Below, piece after piece: positions 7,883-17,699 of a stretch of DNA of 27,980 nucleotides. The position numbers were made by a program, and so were the translations under genes. Positions within the stretch are counted from its first letter, which is position 1, and every line of letters starts with the position of its first letter. The notes under the pieces are model-generated. The model ran no database searches. It was not told the origin of the DNA and worked only from the letters and a program-made list of their open reading frames with translations. Source of the stretch: a virus (Duplodnaviria > Caudoviricetes); the IMG/VR virus record IMGVR_UViG_3300020044_011154, positions 1 through 27,980 of that record. One strand, 5' to 3'.

Positions 7883-9848
7883 GTGCGGGGCGGGTTCGGA
7901 AGGCATTAGCCGCAGCCACGACATTCGCCAGGGCTCCGGGGGTCTGCTTCGAAGCATATCTCCGGAGGGCGGACGAGAAGACGCTGTCGGTGGAGAGCAT
8001 GGATTCGACGAACTTCGGAATCGACTGGTAGCTTTTCAGCACCCCCGCGGTTCCAAGGGCGATTAATACCGGCTTCGACAGGATGTCTTCTTCGGCACTC
8101 TGTCGATTAGCCGCGTAGTATCCTGCCCCGGCCATTCCAGCACCGCCGCCCATGCCGAGGACGACGCGAAGGGCGTTTGGGTTGTTTCGCGATTTCTCAG
8201 CCGAGGAGAGCAGTTTTTCGACTCCGACGAGAACTTGGTGGGCGTTCGGGTTATCGAAGAGGTAGTCGACAGTCTCCTTCGGTAGTTTCGCGAGCTGCTC
8301 ACCGAAGCGTTTTCCAGAGAGCGCCTTACCTGGACTCACCGAATCATTGATATCCACCGCGGTTTCGAACATGTGAGACATCACTTTGTTCTTAATCGCC
8401 GTGTGTTCCGCTGATTTCGGTCCAAACAACTGAACCATCCCTTCGACCCGCTCGACCGACTTTTCTGGGTGGTCGAAGAAGTCTTTGACAATCACATCCG
8501 GGTGGTTTGAAGCAAGCCATTTAGCCGCGGCTCGTTTCTGCGGTGTTAGATCATTCGGGTGGAAGCCGGTTTTTTGACCGATGTCGTCAAAGACGGCTTG
8601 CGCGGCGTATTTTTCGATCTCGGCCTTCTCCTGAGCGTTGCGAGCGCGTGAGGTGATTCGGTCGAGGGACTTTTGGTAATTCTCGGCTTTCGTAAGATCG
8701 AGTTCCGCCTTCGCGACCCCCGGCGCTTTATTTGCCCGACGCTGAGTCACCAATTCGGTGTGTGCTTCGAGTTTTTGTTTCGCAAAAGCAAGTTCTGCAT
8801 CGAGTTTTTTCGCTGTTGGCGAATCTGCGGTTTGGAATTTAGCGCGCTGCTTGACGAGTTCCGAAATCTCACCCTGGAGATTGTTTTTCGCGCGGAACTC
8901 CATGAGCCGTCGGGTGGCTTCAAGTTGGTTCTCTGTCACCAATGACTTGTTCGCGGCGGTAACCTGTTGCGCGGCTTTTCCTCGCGGCCCGATTCGCCCT
9001 AACGTAACTTTATTTGTCTCGTCGCCGAGTTTCGCTTTAAATCCAGTCGTTTGTTCGATATAATCCGACGCATCTGCCAGGGCTTGCATCTTCGGCGCGT
9101 TGTCCAGCATGGTTCCACGGCTTCCCGGTAGGAGTTTAGAAGGCGCGAGGTTATCCGCCAATCCACGAGCCTGCTCCTCTGCGATGATCGGAGCCGCTTT
9201 CATTTTATTCGAAACCAGCTTACCGAGCCCCCCTGCGCCTGCGCCGACAAGGGTTCCCAGGATGCCCGGGAGTGCCGGGGAACTGTCGTCTTGACTTCCT
9301 ATAACAGAAGTCGTACCCGCCGCGCCTCCGGCGAGAGCATTTGTTGCGACCGGGTTATTTCCCATGGTTGTAGCGAGTTTTTCCCCGAGAGGCCCGAGGC
9401 GTTTTAGTAGGCCACCCGATTCAGCCGCGCCGGGAATCGAGGCGATTAGTTCGGAAAGGAAGTCGCCCGAGGTGATGGGACGGTAGTTAGTCGGACTGCC
9501 GTTGTTTAAACGATCCATCCCTTCACCAATAGCTGCGTTCGCTGCGCCGCCCAGTAAGGCGCTCGGCTTCATCCCTCCCATAACCGCGGGAATACCGAAC
9601 TCCATACCCCGGCGGAGATAGCGATTCTCCTCCCCAGGCATCATAGTCGCGGCATTCGCAGGGCTCAGGGGATCTGGAGCTTCAGCTTCCGCTAAGGCGT
9701 CTGGGTCGCCCATTCGAAGAGGTCCGAGTTGCGGAAACAACGACATCGCCTTTGCCTTCGCCGCTTTCGGATCGGGCGCGACGATGTATACGGGTTTGTT
9801 CTCCTTATCCCAGTGGAGGTATTCTTTCTGCTGAGGATCTTCGGCCAT
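7851..9848 (-). CDS. Putative internal virion / DNA ejection protein, 665 aa
   Basis: Last gene of the structural arm; Gly/Ala-rich hydrophobic segments plus a central coiled coil. Function inferred from composition and position. Confidence 0.55.
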   Translation of the reverse strand: MAEDPQQKEYLHWDKENKPVYIVAPDPKAAKAKAMSLFPQLGPLRMGDPDALAEAEAPDPLSPANAATMMPGEENRYLRRGMEFGIPAVMGGMKPSALLGGAANAAIGEGMDRLNNGSPTNYRPITSGDFLSELIASIPGAAESGGLLKRLGPLGEKLATTMGNNPVATNALAGGAAGTTSVIGSQDDSSPALPGILGTLVGAGAGGLGKLVSNKMKAAPIIAEEQARGLADNLAPSKLLPGSRGTMLDNAPKMQALADASDYIEQTTGFKAKLGDETNKVTLGRIGPRGKAAQQVTAANKSLVTENQLEATRRLMEFRAKNNLQGEISELVKQRAKFQTADSPTAKKLDAELAFAKQKLEAHTELVTQRRANKAPGVAKAELDLTKAENYQKSLDRITSRARNAQEKAEIEKYAAQAVFDDIGQKTGFHPNDLTPQKRAAAKWLASNHPDVIVKDFFDHPEKSVERVEGMVQLFGPKSAEHTAIKNKVMSHMFETAVDINDSVSPGKALSGKRFGEQLAKLPKETVDYLFDNPNAHQVLVGVEKLLSSAEKSRNNPNALRVVLGMGGGAGMAGAGYYAANRQSAEEDILSKPVLIALGTAGVLKSYQSIPKFVESMLSTDSVFSSALRRYASKQTPGALANVVAAANAFRTRPAPTQEQKPSAP

Positions 9849-9851
9849 CGG

Positions 9852-11660
9852 TTAGTACCTCGGAGCTTTCTTTAGATCGCCGAACTGCTGCGTGTAGAGG
9901 TCGGCGTAGAGGGCCATCGGGTCGGAGAGCTTTTCGATCAAGCCCCGGTATTGAGCCGCAACTTTAGATCGCTGGTTAGAGGGGGTTTTCGGTAAGATGT
10001 CCCGCATTTTCTTATACAAATTCGCAACTTGGTCGATACGGTCGCCAACTTCCTTTTCCGGGAAGAACGAGCCGAGGGAGTTAGGCGCGGCTTCTTCTTG
10101 GAGTAAACGATACTTCTGAAGCGATGTCATGAAGTGCATTGCGAGAGCCTTCTGAACCGCGTACTCCGGACCTTCGTACATACTCGCGCGCTCTCCAATA
10201 GCTGGGTAGCGTTCGGCCAGCCGTTTCAATTCCGGCATACCCGCGCCTTGTCCGGTAACCCATTTTCGATAGTCGTCGTTGACTTTTCGTAGCGATTGAT
10301 TTGCCACGGTGATAGCCCCGCCGACTTTACCATTCCGGCGTCCAGTGAGTTGATTCCAAATACCCGTTCCGCCGGTTGCGCTTTCTAGAACCGGGACGCC
10401 TTCGGAGTCGGTTGTGAACATGGTGCCTAGGAGGGAGCCTACAACACTGCGACTGCCGCGGGTTTGCTCCTTTACACCTTCGTAGGCTTTTTGTTTGTCC
10501 CGCCCGAAGACGATGCCTTTCCGCTCAAGGTTGCGCTCAAGCTGCTGTTCTGTCGCGGAGAAGGCCCCGTGATTTTCTTTCTCCGGCGGCTGCGGGTTGC
10601 GGTTTAGTAATGGAGCCGCGGGTGCGGGGTTGGGGTTTGTTGTTTGGCGTGCAGGAGAGGGGGATACAACCGGCTTTCCGGTGTCTCCGTTGGGCGAGGT
10701 TGTTTGTGCAGGAGCCCCGGCGGTCGTGGCTGGTGTTCCGGCGGTTTGAAAAAGACGGTTGATTTCGTCGAGGTTTGAGAATCCGCTGGGTTTCTTAACT
10801 ATGCGCTCAGTCGGCATCTCGCGATCCACTAAGTTACCGCCGGGGCCTACGACTGCTTGCCATCGACGTCCGGGGATTGTCGTATATTCACCCTCGCCGG
10901 GATTCTTTATTCGAACCCCTTTGGCAGCGTTTACCATGCCGAGAATGCCTAGTTTGTCCTTATTTTCGCCAAAGAACTCAGCGTTTCGAATATCATTGGT
11001 CTTACCAATGTCGTTGGTTTGAGCGTCAGTCTTCTCGGCCTGCGCGAGACGTAGAGCCACACCTGCGTCGGCGTAATTTCCCATCTTCCGGTCAAGTTCC
11101 GCTTTTGCGAGCAATTGCTTTCCTTTGGGCGTCAGCGGGGAGTTTCTTAACTCGTTCAGAGCCTTGGCCGTCGCGTCTTTCATCTGAGCAATCTTCGTCA
11201 CATTAGCTTGCTGCGCCGCCTGACCCATACGGGCGAGGGTGGCGGTGGAGTCTTTACCTAAGACCTCGTTTTCGAGCTTATAATCCTCCATCGCTTGGCG
11301 ACGAGCTTTGTCCCGGATCGTCGGGGTTCCGTTAGCCCCGCCAGCCAGAGCGCCCATACCTTCAGAAATAGTCCGCATGACGGAACGCCATTTCGGATTC
11401 TTCTCGCCGAGTTTTACACCAAACATTTGTTGGATTTTCTGCTTGTAGATCTCCTGCTCGCGCTCTCGCGGAGTTTTCAACGCGGCGTTACGAGATGCAG
11501 CGATTAGCGGCGCATTCTCTTCCATCGTCCGCTGAAACATCACCATCGGATCTTCCTGCGGTTCCTGCGGCTGACCGAGCATTCCCCCGAGCCCCGGTCC
11601 TTGGTCTTCGCTCGGCATATCAAGACCGAGCGAGCGAAGTTGTTCAATCATCCCGCCCAT
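9852..11660 (-). CDS. Putative internal virion / DNA ejection protein, 602 aa
   Basis: Helical, Q/A/K-rich, with a Pro/Thr linker; TAATG-coupled; podovirus-like position after the nozzle gene. Confidence 0.55.
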   Translation of the reverse strand: MGGMIEQLRSLGLDMPSEDQGPGLGGMLGQPQEPQEDPMVMFQRTMEENAPLIAASRNAALKTPREREQEIYKQKIQQMFGVKLGEKNPKWRSVMRTISEGMGALAGGANGTPTIRDKARRQAMEDYKLENEVLGKDSTATLARMGQAAQQANVTKIAQMKDATAKALNELRNSPLTPKGKQLLAKAELDRKMGNYADAGVALRLAQAEKTDAQTNDIGKTNDIRNAEFFGENKDKLGILGMVNAAKGVRIKNPGEGEYTTIPGRRWQAVVGPGGNLVDREMPTERIVKKPSGFSNLDEINRLFQTAGTPATTAGAPAQTTSPNGDTGKPVVSPSPARQTTNPNPAPAAPLLNRNPQPPEKENHGAFSATEQQLERNLERKGIVFGRDKQKAYEGVKEQTRGSRSVVGSLLGTMFTTDSEGVPVLESATGGTGIWNQLTGRRNGKVGGAITVANQSLRKVNDDYRKWVTGQGAGMPELKRLAERYPAIGERASMYEGPEYAVQKALAMHFMTSLQKYRLLQEEAAPNSLGSFFPEKEVGDRIDQVANLYKKMRDILPKTPSNQRSKVAAQYRGLIEKLSDPMALYADLYTQQFGDLKKAPRY

Positions 11661-13564
11661 TAGTTACCTCCCGACGGTCGTAGCGAAGTCAGCGGAGCCC
11701 AGGCGTTGTTAGTGCCAGAGAGCCCCGGTAGGTTAGAGGTGTTGTTCCCGAAGGTGTTCATGAGGTTGCCCGCCTGTTGACCGAGGCTGAGGAGAGGGCT
11801 AAGACTAAGGTTTTGCTGACCCGACATGGCGTTAGTCAGCGCGTTTCCTTGCTGGTTGATCCCCTGGTTCATTGCGTTGAAGAGGGTGTTGAAGTTCGAT
11901 TGCCCCAATTGCCCCGCGTTGATACCAAGCTGGCCGAGATTACTGCCCGCGTTTCCCGCTAACTGCCCGGCTCCGAGTCCGTAGTTCTGCGCCGACGTAT
12001 TCGCCGCGCCGGAAAGTTCGGAGCCTTTTAGCGCGGTGTTCAGCCAGTTGGACAGGAAATTCCCGCCGAGGTTCATTCGGTTCGTCTGGTCAGCGGAAGC
12101 GCCGAGGCCGAGTTGTCCGAGAGTCCCGGCGTTGTTAGTCGCCGCCCCTTGGGCACCGGTTTGGAGTTTCAGAGCTTCAAGTAGCCGGTTCGTCTGGAGG
12201 TTCTCTAAGTTACCGAGTCCCGAGAAGCCGGTGTTCGCGCGGTCGGTTGCCAGAGCGGTTCCCTTGCCGAGTAAGTCCCCGCCGGTCGAGAAGCGAGAAG
12301 CGGCGACACCTTCGAGTCCTTTGAGTAGATCGGCGTAAGTCCCGAGAGTCCCGCGTTCGAGGTTCCCCGAGGCTTCTCCCATCCCCGCGCCGGTTTTCAG
12401 ATAATCCATAAGAACACCCTGCTGTTTCGCCCGGGCGTCGTTACCAGCGGCAGCTTCGGCTCGGAGGGACTGGTCCGCGAAGTCCGCCATACCTTGGTTC
12501 TGAGAACCGGATGCGACAATGGAGCCCGGACCTCCACCACGAGCTAAAGCGCGGGCTCGAACCGACTCACCCTGTTGAGCGGCGGCAGTTGCGGCAGCAT
12601 CACGAGCGGCGGATACGGCGTCTTCTAAGGTCATCGTCGGGTTGGTTCGGAGGATCTCCAATGCCTTCTGCTGCAAAGCCCGAGAAGTAGCCGTCGCGCC
12701 ACCTTCCTGAAGACCCTGGAGAGCCGCCAGTTCACCGACCGCGCCGGTATTCGTTAAACCACCGACCCCGAGATTTCCCGCCAGTGCATTCATACCCGCG
12801 GCGTCCAAAGCGCCGGTTCCAGAAGTTGCCCCGCCGTTCATCAGCATGGAAAGCGCCTGCTGAATCCCAGCTTGGGAGCCCTGAGTGGTCCCGCCTTGCG
12901 CCTGGATGCCCTGTGCGCCGCTGAGAACGGATCGGAGGATGTCCGTGATACCCCCGGCGTTGACGGCGTCCAGAGCCCGGTCCTGGTAGCCGCGGTTTAG
13001 ATCCGTCCCACCGCCGGAGTTTAGCAAGTCCTGGCCGAGGTTCGAAAAAGCCCGCATCGGGTCGTTTTGGCCCGTCGCGAAACCCTGACCTTGGTCGAAG
13101 AGGGCGTAGTTCTGCGGAGTCCAGCCGCGGTCTCCAAAAATGGAGTTAGCCCCGCCGAGGAGTTCCGCTAGGCCCCCTGACGCGCCGCTGATTTGGTCAT
13201 TGTTGTAAGAACCGCCGTATTGGGAGAAGAGGCCGGGGATTTGACCGGAGAGCCCCGCGGCGTTGTCCATGTACGGACCAAGCGCCCCGTTGACCATTTG
13301 CGAGAAGCGGTCGCCAGCCCCTAAAGCCTGATCGCGCGCCGGGTTGAAGACGTTGTTGAACTGGTTCTGCCAGTTTTCATACTGACCGCGGCCAAAGTTC
13401 AGGTTATTCGCATAGGCCCCGTGTAGCCAGTCGAGAGCTTGCTGGCCGGAAATACCCGACATAACACCGCCGAATAGATTTCCCAGAGACCCGAGAGGTC
13501 CGAGGAAGGACGAAATCATCGAAGAGATGTCGCCGCCGCCCGCGTTTGTCGAATTACCAGCCAT
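11660..13564 (-). CDS. Putative DNA pilot/ejection protein, G/A/N/Q-rich, 634 aa
   Basis: N-terminal GxxG-rich hydrophobic segment and internal 20-aa and 18-aa periodic repeats. Confidence 0.65.
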   Translation of the reverse strand: MAGNSTNAGGGDISSMISSFLGPLGSLGNLFGGVMSGISGQQALDWLHGAYANNLNFGRGQYENWQNQFNNVFNPARDQALGAGDRFSQMVNGALGPYMDNAAGLSGQIPGLFSQYGGSYNNDQISGASGGLAELLGGANSIFGDRGWTPQNYALFDQGQGFATGQNDPMRAFSNLGQDLLNSGGGTDLNRGYQDRALDAVNAGGITDILRSVLSGAQGIQAQGGTTQGSQAGIQQALSMLMNGGATSGTGALDAAGMNALAGNLGVGGLTNTGAVGELAALQGLQEGGATATSRALQQKALEILRTNPTMTLEDAVSAARDAAATAAAQQGESVRARALARGGGPGSIVASGSQNQGMADFADQSLRAEAAAGNDARAKQQGVLMDYLKTGAGMGEASGNLERGTLGTYADLLKGLEGVAASRFSTGGDLLGKGTALATDRANTGFSGLGNLENLQTNRLLEALKLQTGAQGAATNNAGTLGQLGLGASADQTNRMNLGGNFLSNWLNTALKGSELSGAANTSAQNYGLGAGQLAGNAGSNLGQLGINAGQLGQSNFNTLFNAMNQGINQQGNALTNAMSGQQNLSLSPLLSLGQQAGNLMNTFGNNTSNLPGLSGTNNAWAPLTSLRPSGGN

Positions 13565-13590
13565 AGATGTGTAACCTCACATCTATTCTA
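13563..13590 (-). promoter_or_regulatory. -10-like TAGAAT plus a hairpin covering the RBS and start codon
   Basis: Minus strand ggTAGAATAGATGTG-AGGTTA-CACATCTATG: perfect 9-bp stem 13586-13578 / 13571-13563. Confidence 0.55.
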
Positions 13591-13595
13591 CCGTT

Positions 13596-13994
13596 CTAGG
13601 CCGCTGGTATTGTCGCCGTCGGGGAGTAAGCGGGGTTGTTGACAAAGCCGCTGTTTAGCTGTGTCTGAACAAAGAAGGTTATTCGGGTTCCGGAAGGTAG
13701 GAGTAGTCGAACCGTCGCGGGGGATTTTGAAGCCGCGGTTACGAAGATAGGCTCGCGGATGTCGCCGGAAGCGGAGTAATATACGTTGTAGCCGGAGATC
13801 TTCCCCGTAAACCCCTCCGGTTCCTGCCAGGAGACGATGTATTTGGTCGGGGAAGGCGAGCTTACTTTGACGGAGGAGACGAAAGGGACGCGGAAGAAGC
13901 CGCGTTGTTGAGGGGGTAGTGAAGTTCCCTCCGCGGCGTTCGCGCGGTTTATAAGCCGGTCGAGGCTGAATTGGTCTTCGCGGTTGTATTCCAT
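13596..13994 (-). CDS. Fibronectin type III (Ig-like) domain protein
   Basis: SPTKYIVSWQEP..FTGKISGYNVYY...L.SGTRITFFVQT...G...S fits the FN3 W/Y pattern. Confidence 0.75.
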   Translation of the reverse strand: MEYNREDQFSLDRLINRANAAEGTSLPPQQRGFFRVPFVSSVKVSSPSPTKYIVSWQEPEGFTGKISGYNVYYSASGDIREPIFVTAASKSPATVRLLLPSGTRITFFVQTQLNSGFVNNPAYSPTATIPAA

Positions 13995-14242
13995 TAACCC
14001 GGCTCCTTCAGGTCGAAGAGTTTAGCCGCGGCTTTTCGCGCTTTTAAGAATAGAACGGTATCCATTTCTCGCTTCGATTTGTCACACACTGGCGGCGCAA
14101 AAGTCCGGTTCTGTTCGCACCCGGCGAGCTTGTAGAGAAAGGGCGTCCAGTGCTTTTCGAACGCGAGGACGTCCGGTACAATGTCCGCTTGGGTCGCGCT
14201 GGTTATTTGGGCGAGGTAGAGGACGATGAGGAAGCGCATCAC
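13994..14242 (-). CDS. Small protein with a signal-peptide-like N-terminus and one Cys pair
   Basis: MRFLIVLYLAQITSATQA-DIV...; GTGA and TAATG overlaps with neighbours. Confidence 0.65.
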   Translation of the reverse strand: MMRFLIVLYLAQITSATQADIVPDVLAFEKHWTPFLYKLAGCEQNRTFAPPVCDKSKREMDTVLFLKARKAAAKLFDLKEPG

Positions 14243-16566
14243 GGCCCCGATCCGGCTTCGGGCTGGAAGACTAAGGCGAGGTTGAGGACTTCGATTAGGT
14301 CCGCGGTGGCGTCTCGCTGCATTTCGACGGCGAAACGGTGGCCGACGCCGAGGCGAGTTAGTAGTCTAGAAGCGTAGCCTTTTGAGGCGGACCGGCGGGA
14401 AGGAGGGTTTACGTAGCTTAATGATTCGGGCGTCGTCCAATAGTCGTCGACGTAGAGGAAGACTGAGGGGTCGAGATCCCCGGGGTAGAGCGTGCGGTCG
14501 TAGGTGACGCCGTAGAGGAAGGGGTCGAGGGCGGGTTCGCGGAGGGCGTTAACGTGGTTCCCGGGAGGGTTGGTTAGGAGAGAGGTCCGAATCTGCCAGC
14601 CATAGGGCCGCTGAACGCCGTTGAAGGAGTCCGTGCCGACGTTAACCCGCGGGTCGATGTAGTTGATACAAGAGTTTTCGGTGGAGTCGGTTAGATAAAG
14701 AAGAAGGCGTTTTTGCTCCGACGGGGTGGAGGGGATAATGCCGGAGGCTAGGGCAGTTAAAGGAATCGTCCAGGGGGTGTTCCAGAAGTCGGAGTTCGTT
14801 TGTTGAGACTTTTTAATGTCGTAGACGTAGACGCGGGAGTTTTCTACGCTTAGCGGCGTGCAGAGGGAGACGACGAGCCATTCTTTCTCCAAATCCGCCC
14901 AGTATTCGATGTCGAAGTAGGTTTCGTCGTTGGATTCGAGGATTTGGCGGAAGTCGTCGTATAGGGGGTCGGAGATGATGTCGGGTTGTTTTGCCCCCGG
15001 GTCGCGGATTACAGCGAGGCGGAAGTCGCCGGTTAGAAAGACGACGTTCGAGCCGTAGCGGGTTACCGCACGATGCTGGTTGATAGCCGCGCCGTAGTTG
15101 TCGTACAGCGGCTGGATGTTAAACGTCTCCTTCGTCGACCCCGTGAGGATGTAGGTGGTGGTTTCCGACCAGGAGTAGAGGGCGGAGTTAGTCGCGAGAA
15201 TATTCTGGCCTTCTTCTTGTAGGCGGAAGAAGTTACCGAAGAGACCTGAGGGGAAGCACTCTTCGGGGATTCCTTCGGTTAGCTCTTCCTGCGCGGAGTA
15301 GTAAAGGATGTTCTCAATCCAGTACCAGATACGACCTTGGTAGTAAGCGAGTGGGGAGGATTGTTGAACGGCGTCAACACCGACGACTTTCGGCGCGGCG
15401 CAAGACGGGGGCGGGGAGTTGGAGGTTAGCGAGGGAGCGACTTCCGCGGTGTTTATGAAGGCGTCGGGCACCGGGTCGTTTTCTGTCGTTCCAGCTACAC
15501 CAGAACCGAATGTCTTATCTTCGTAGGTGAGAGACGCCCCGGTGTTCGTGACCTCGTCGATTTTATAGAAAGTCCCGCCGCCGTCGGTGGTTCGGTAGAT
15601 ACAAATAGTAGGGAAGTTGACGGTATCGGAGCCGGTTAGATCGAGGACGATTTTCGGGCAGAGATTTTTAAAAGGCCCGGTTCCAGAAGGCGGGTAGTCG
15701 GGGTTCTCTTCGAGAGGCGCGCGGTTTGAGACATTTCCGGTCAGCGATTTGTAAGCGAAGGTGTAGAACCACCCTTGGGAGACGTCTACCGCGTGGGACG
15801 AAGTCGCCCAGCCCGAGCGGTAGACAATCAAAGTCCCCACGTCATGAGCCGCGGCTGTAGTCCCATTAGCCCCGCGGGTTACGTTGAATACCCCGGGGGA
15901 GGCGAGGGAGGTGACCGTAATCTCTTCATACTCGATCTGGATGGTGAACGGGTAGACGACCGGGAAGGTGCTGACGACGGTCGACCAGGAGACGGTCGTG
16001 GCTGTGTCGGTTAGCGCGGTTGTGACTTTGCCCACCACAGCGTTTAAACGTGCGGCTACGGTCGGGCCGAGAACTCCCCACGGGCGGACGGTCACTACTC
16101 CGCCGGTCCCGTCGAAGATCACCGAACCGAGCTTCTCCCCGGTCGACGCCCCCGGGAAGGCTTTTATGTAAAACCGCCCACGAGCCGCGACTCCTTCATG
16201 TGGCGTCACAGAGGCGTTTATAGAACGGTAAGAGCCCGCGGATACCCAGGTGGTAGGGTCGGTGGTTATGTTGCAGTAGGAAAGGCTGTAGAGGCCGGTT
16301 CCGGAGTCTTTGATCGAAGCGAGGAGGTAGGTGATCGGCTCATCCTCCATCGTCCGGTAAACCCAGAGGCGGTCGGCGCGTGTCTGGTCTGGTCGCGGGG
16401 AGACGGTTAACGTCCCGGGCCGTTTCACCGAAGCCCCTCCGAGAGTAACGTAATTGTCATACCCGCCGACTAAACGTGGAGTCTTAGCCAGCGGATGAAG
16501 GACGCGGTTATACGGCAGTTCGAGGTTGTCGAATTGGAGGACGTCGAACTGTTGGTTCTGGGCCAT
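14239..16566 (-). CDS. Putative tail nozzle / packaged-DNA stabilisation protein (P22 gp10 / T7 gp12-like), 775 aa
   Basis: Beta-rich with propeller-like segments (YYQGRIWYW.ENILYYS; VYVYDI...W); inserted VTRGANGTTAAAH..G domain; lies between adaptor and ejection genes. Confidence 0.65.
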   Translation of the reverse strand: MAQNQQFDVLQFDNLELPYNRVLHPLAKTPRLVGGYDNYVTLGGASVKRPGTLTVSPRPDQTRADRLWVYRTMEDEPITYLLASIKDSGTGLYSLSYCNITTDPTTWVSAGSYRSINASVTPHEGVAARGRFYIKAFPGASTGEKLGSVIFDGTGGVVTVRPWGVLGPTVAARLNAVVGKVTTALTDTATTVSWSTVVSTFPVVYPFTIQIEYEEITVTSLASPGVFNVTRGANGTTAAAHDVGTLIVYRSGWATSSHAVDVSQGWFYTFAYKSLTGNVSNRAPLEENPDYPPSGTGPFKNLCPKIVLDLTGSDTVNFPTICIYRTTDGGGTFYKIDEVTNTGASLTYEDKTFGSGVAGTTENDPVPDAFINTAEVAPSLTSNSPPPSCAAPKVVGVDAVQQSSPLAYYQGRIWYWIENILYYSAQEELTEGIPEECFPSGLFGNFFRLQEEGQNILATNSALYSWSETTTYILTGSTKETFNIQPLYDNYGAAINQHRAVTRYGSNVVFLTGDFRLAVIRDPGAKQPDIISDPLYDDFRQILESNDETYFDIEYWADLEKEWLVVSLCTPLSVENSRVYVYDIKKSQQTNSDFWNTPWTIPLTALASGIIPSTPSEQKRLLLYLTDSTENSCINYIDPRVNVGTDSFNGVQRPYGWQIRTSLLTNPPGNHVNALREPALDPFLYGVTYDRTLYPGDLDPSVFLYVDDYWTTPESLSYVNPPSRRSASKGYASRLLTRLGVGHRFAVEMQRDATADLIEVLNLALVFQPEAGSGP

Positions 16567-17694
16567 TTAGAAGCCGAGGAGGAGGGAGAGGAGGTGTTGC
16601 CCCATGTCATTTCCGTTTGTCGCCATCATATTTTGCGTTGAGCCTAATGTGGGGGTTTGCTGAAGTTGTGTATTTCTCGCGTTTTGATAATTTTGATACT
16701 CTTCCTGGGTTAAGCCGTTGGGGGCGGAGTAAATCGGATTAGGGGCTCGCGGCGGAGTTCCGTTATAAGTCGGAGCAGTCCCGACATTACTACGCGCGGG
16801 GGCGTTTCCGGAGTTGATTACTTGGGAGACAGAGAACTGGCCGTTAGGCGTCATTGCGCCCATCTGATTCCCACCTCGCGGAAGATTCGGATAGTATCCA
16901 GAATTCGCATAAGGTTGGCGATTTTGAGCCCGCTGCTGACCACCCATACCAAGTAACTGCAACAACTGCATCAACTGATTACCCCCGGGCTGTTGAGTAG
17001 ATACTGCCGGTTGGGGGGAGGTTAAGGTAGGTTCAGATCCGGGTCCGCCGAGGATGGGGTTTTGGGCGGGGGCAGTGACGGGGGCCGTCGGCGGGTGGTA
17101 GCCGGGGGTTTGGGACGGGTTTAACATCGGGTTGCCCGTTAGGTAGATAGCCCCCGCGTTTGGATTTGTGACAGCCGGGCCAGCATCTCGCTCGGCCATG
17201 GTCATGGCGTCGGCGGTAGCGCGGTCGTATTTGGAGTAGCGGTCACCTACGAGACCGGCGTTTAACTGGTTGCCGTTACCGAAGCTGATTTGGTTTTGAC
17301 CGAAGTCGCCGAAGGGGCCGAGGGTTTTTGTTCGCTCGACGGTTCCTCCCAGGCCCTGCGCGATTTGATTCGCCGTGTTGTCGTCGGCGTATTGAAGCGG
17401 GTTGTAGCCGCCGGGGGCGTTGTACGAAGGTTTCCACCCGGGGTTGCCGAACTGACTCTGATTCTGAGGCGGCGGGGTGTTGGGGTTTCCGAATCGTCCG
17501 GGTTGGGAGTAGACGCCGCCGAGGGGGTTTCCGTTCGATTGGACTAACGACGCGCCGTTGAAGCCGGAGGTGGACCCTCCCTGAGGAGCACCACTTCCAA
17601 GTGGTGTTTCCCCCGGGTCGGAATTCGAGGAGAAGCCGCTGTCGCCGGAGAAATTCTGAAACGACGGTTGGTAGCTCGGAGTAAACTGTCCCAT
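16567..17694 (-). CDS. Low-complexity P/G/N/Q-rich protein with a central ~70-aa domain
   Basis: 375-aa ORF abutting the next gene; ordered segment NPLQY...NAGL...AE. Confidence 0.7.
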   Translation of the reverse strand: MGQFTPSYQPSFQNFSGDSGFSSNSDPGETPLGSGAPQGGSTSGFNGASLVQSNGNPLGGVYSQPGRFGNPNTPPPQNQSQFGNPGWKPSYNAPGGYNPLQYADDNTANQIAQGLGGTVERTKTLGPFGDFGQNQISFGNGNQLNAGLVGDRYSKYDRATADAMTMAERDAGPAVTNPNAGAIYLTGNPMLNPSQTPGYHPPTAPVTAPAQNPILGGPGSEPTLTSPQPAVSTQQPGGNQLMQLLQLLGMGGQQRAQNRQPYANSGYYPNLPRGGNQMGAMTPNGQFSVSQVINSGNAPARSNVGTAPTYNGTPPRAPNPIYSAPNGLTQEEYQNYQNARNTQLQQTPTLGSTQNMMATNGNDMGQHLLSLLLGF

Positions 17695-17699
17695 GGAGG

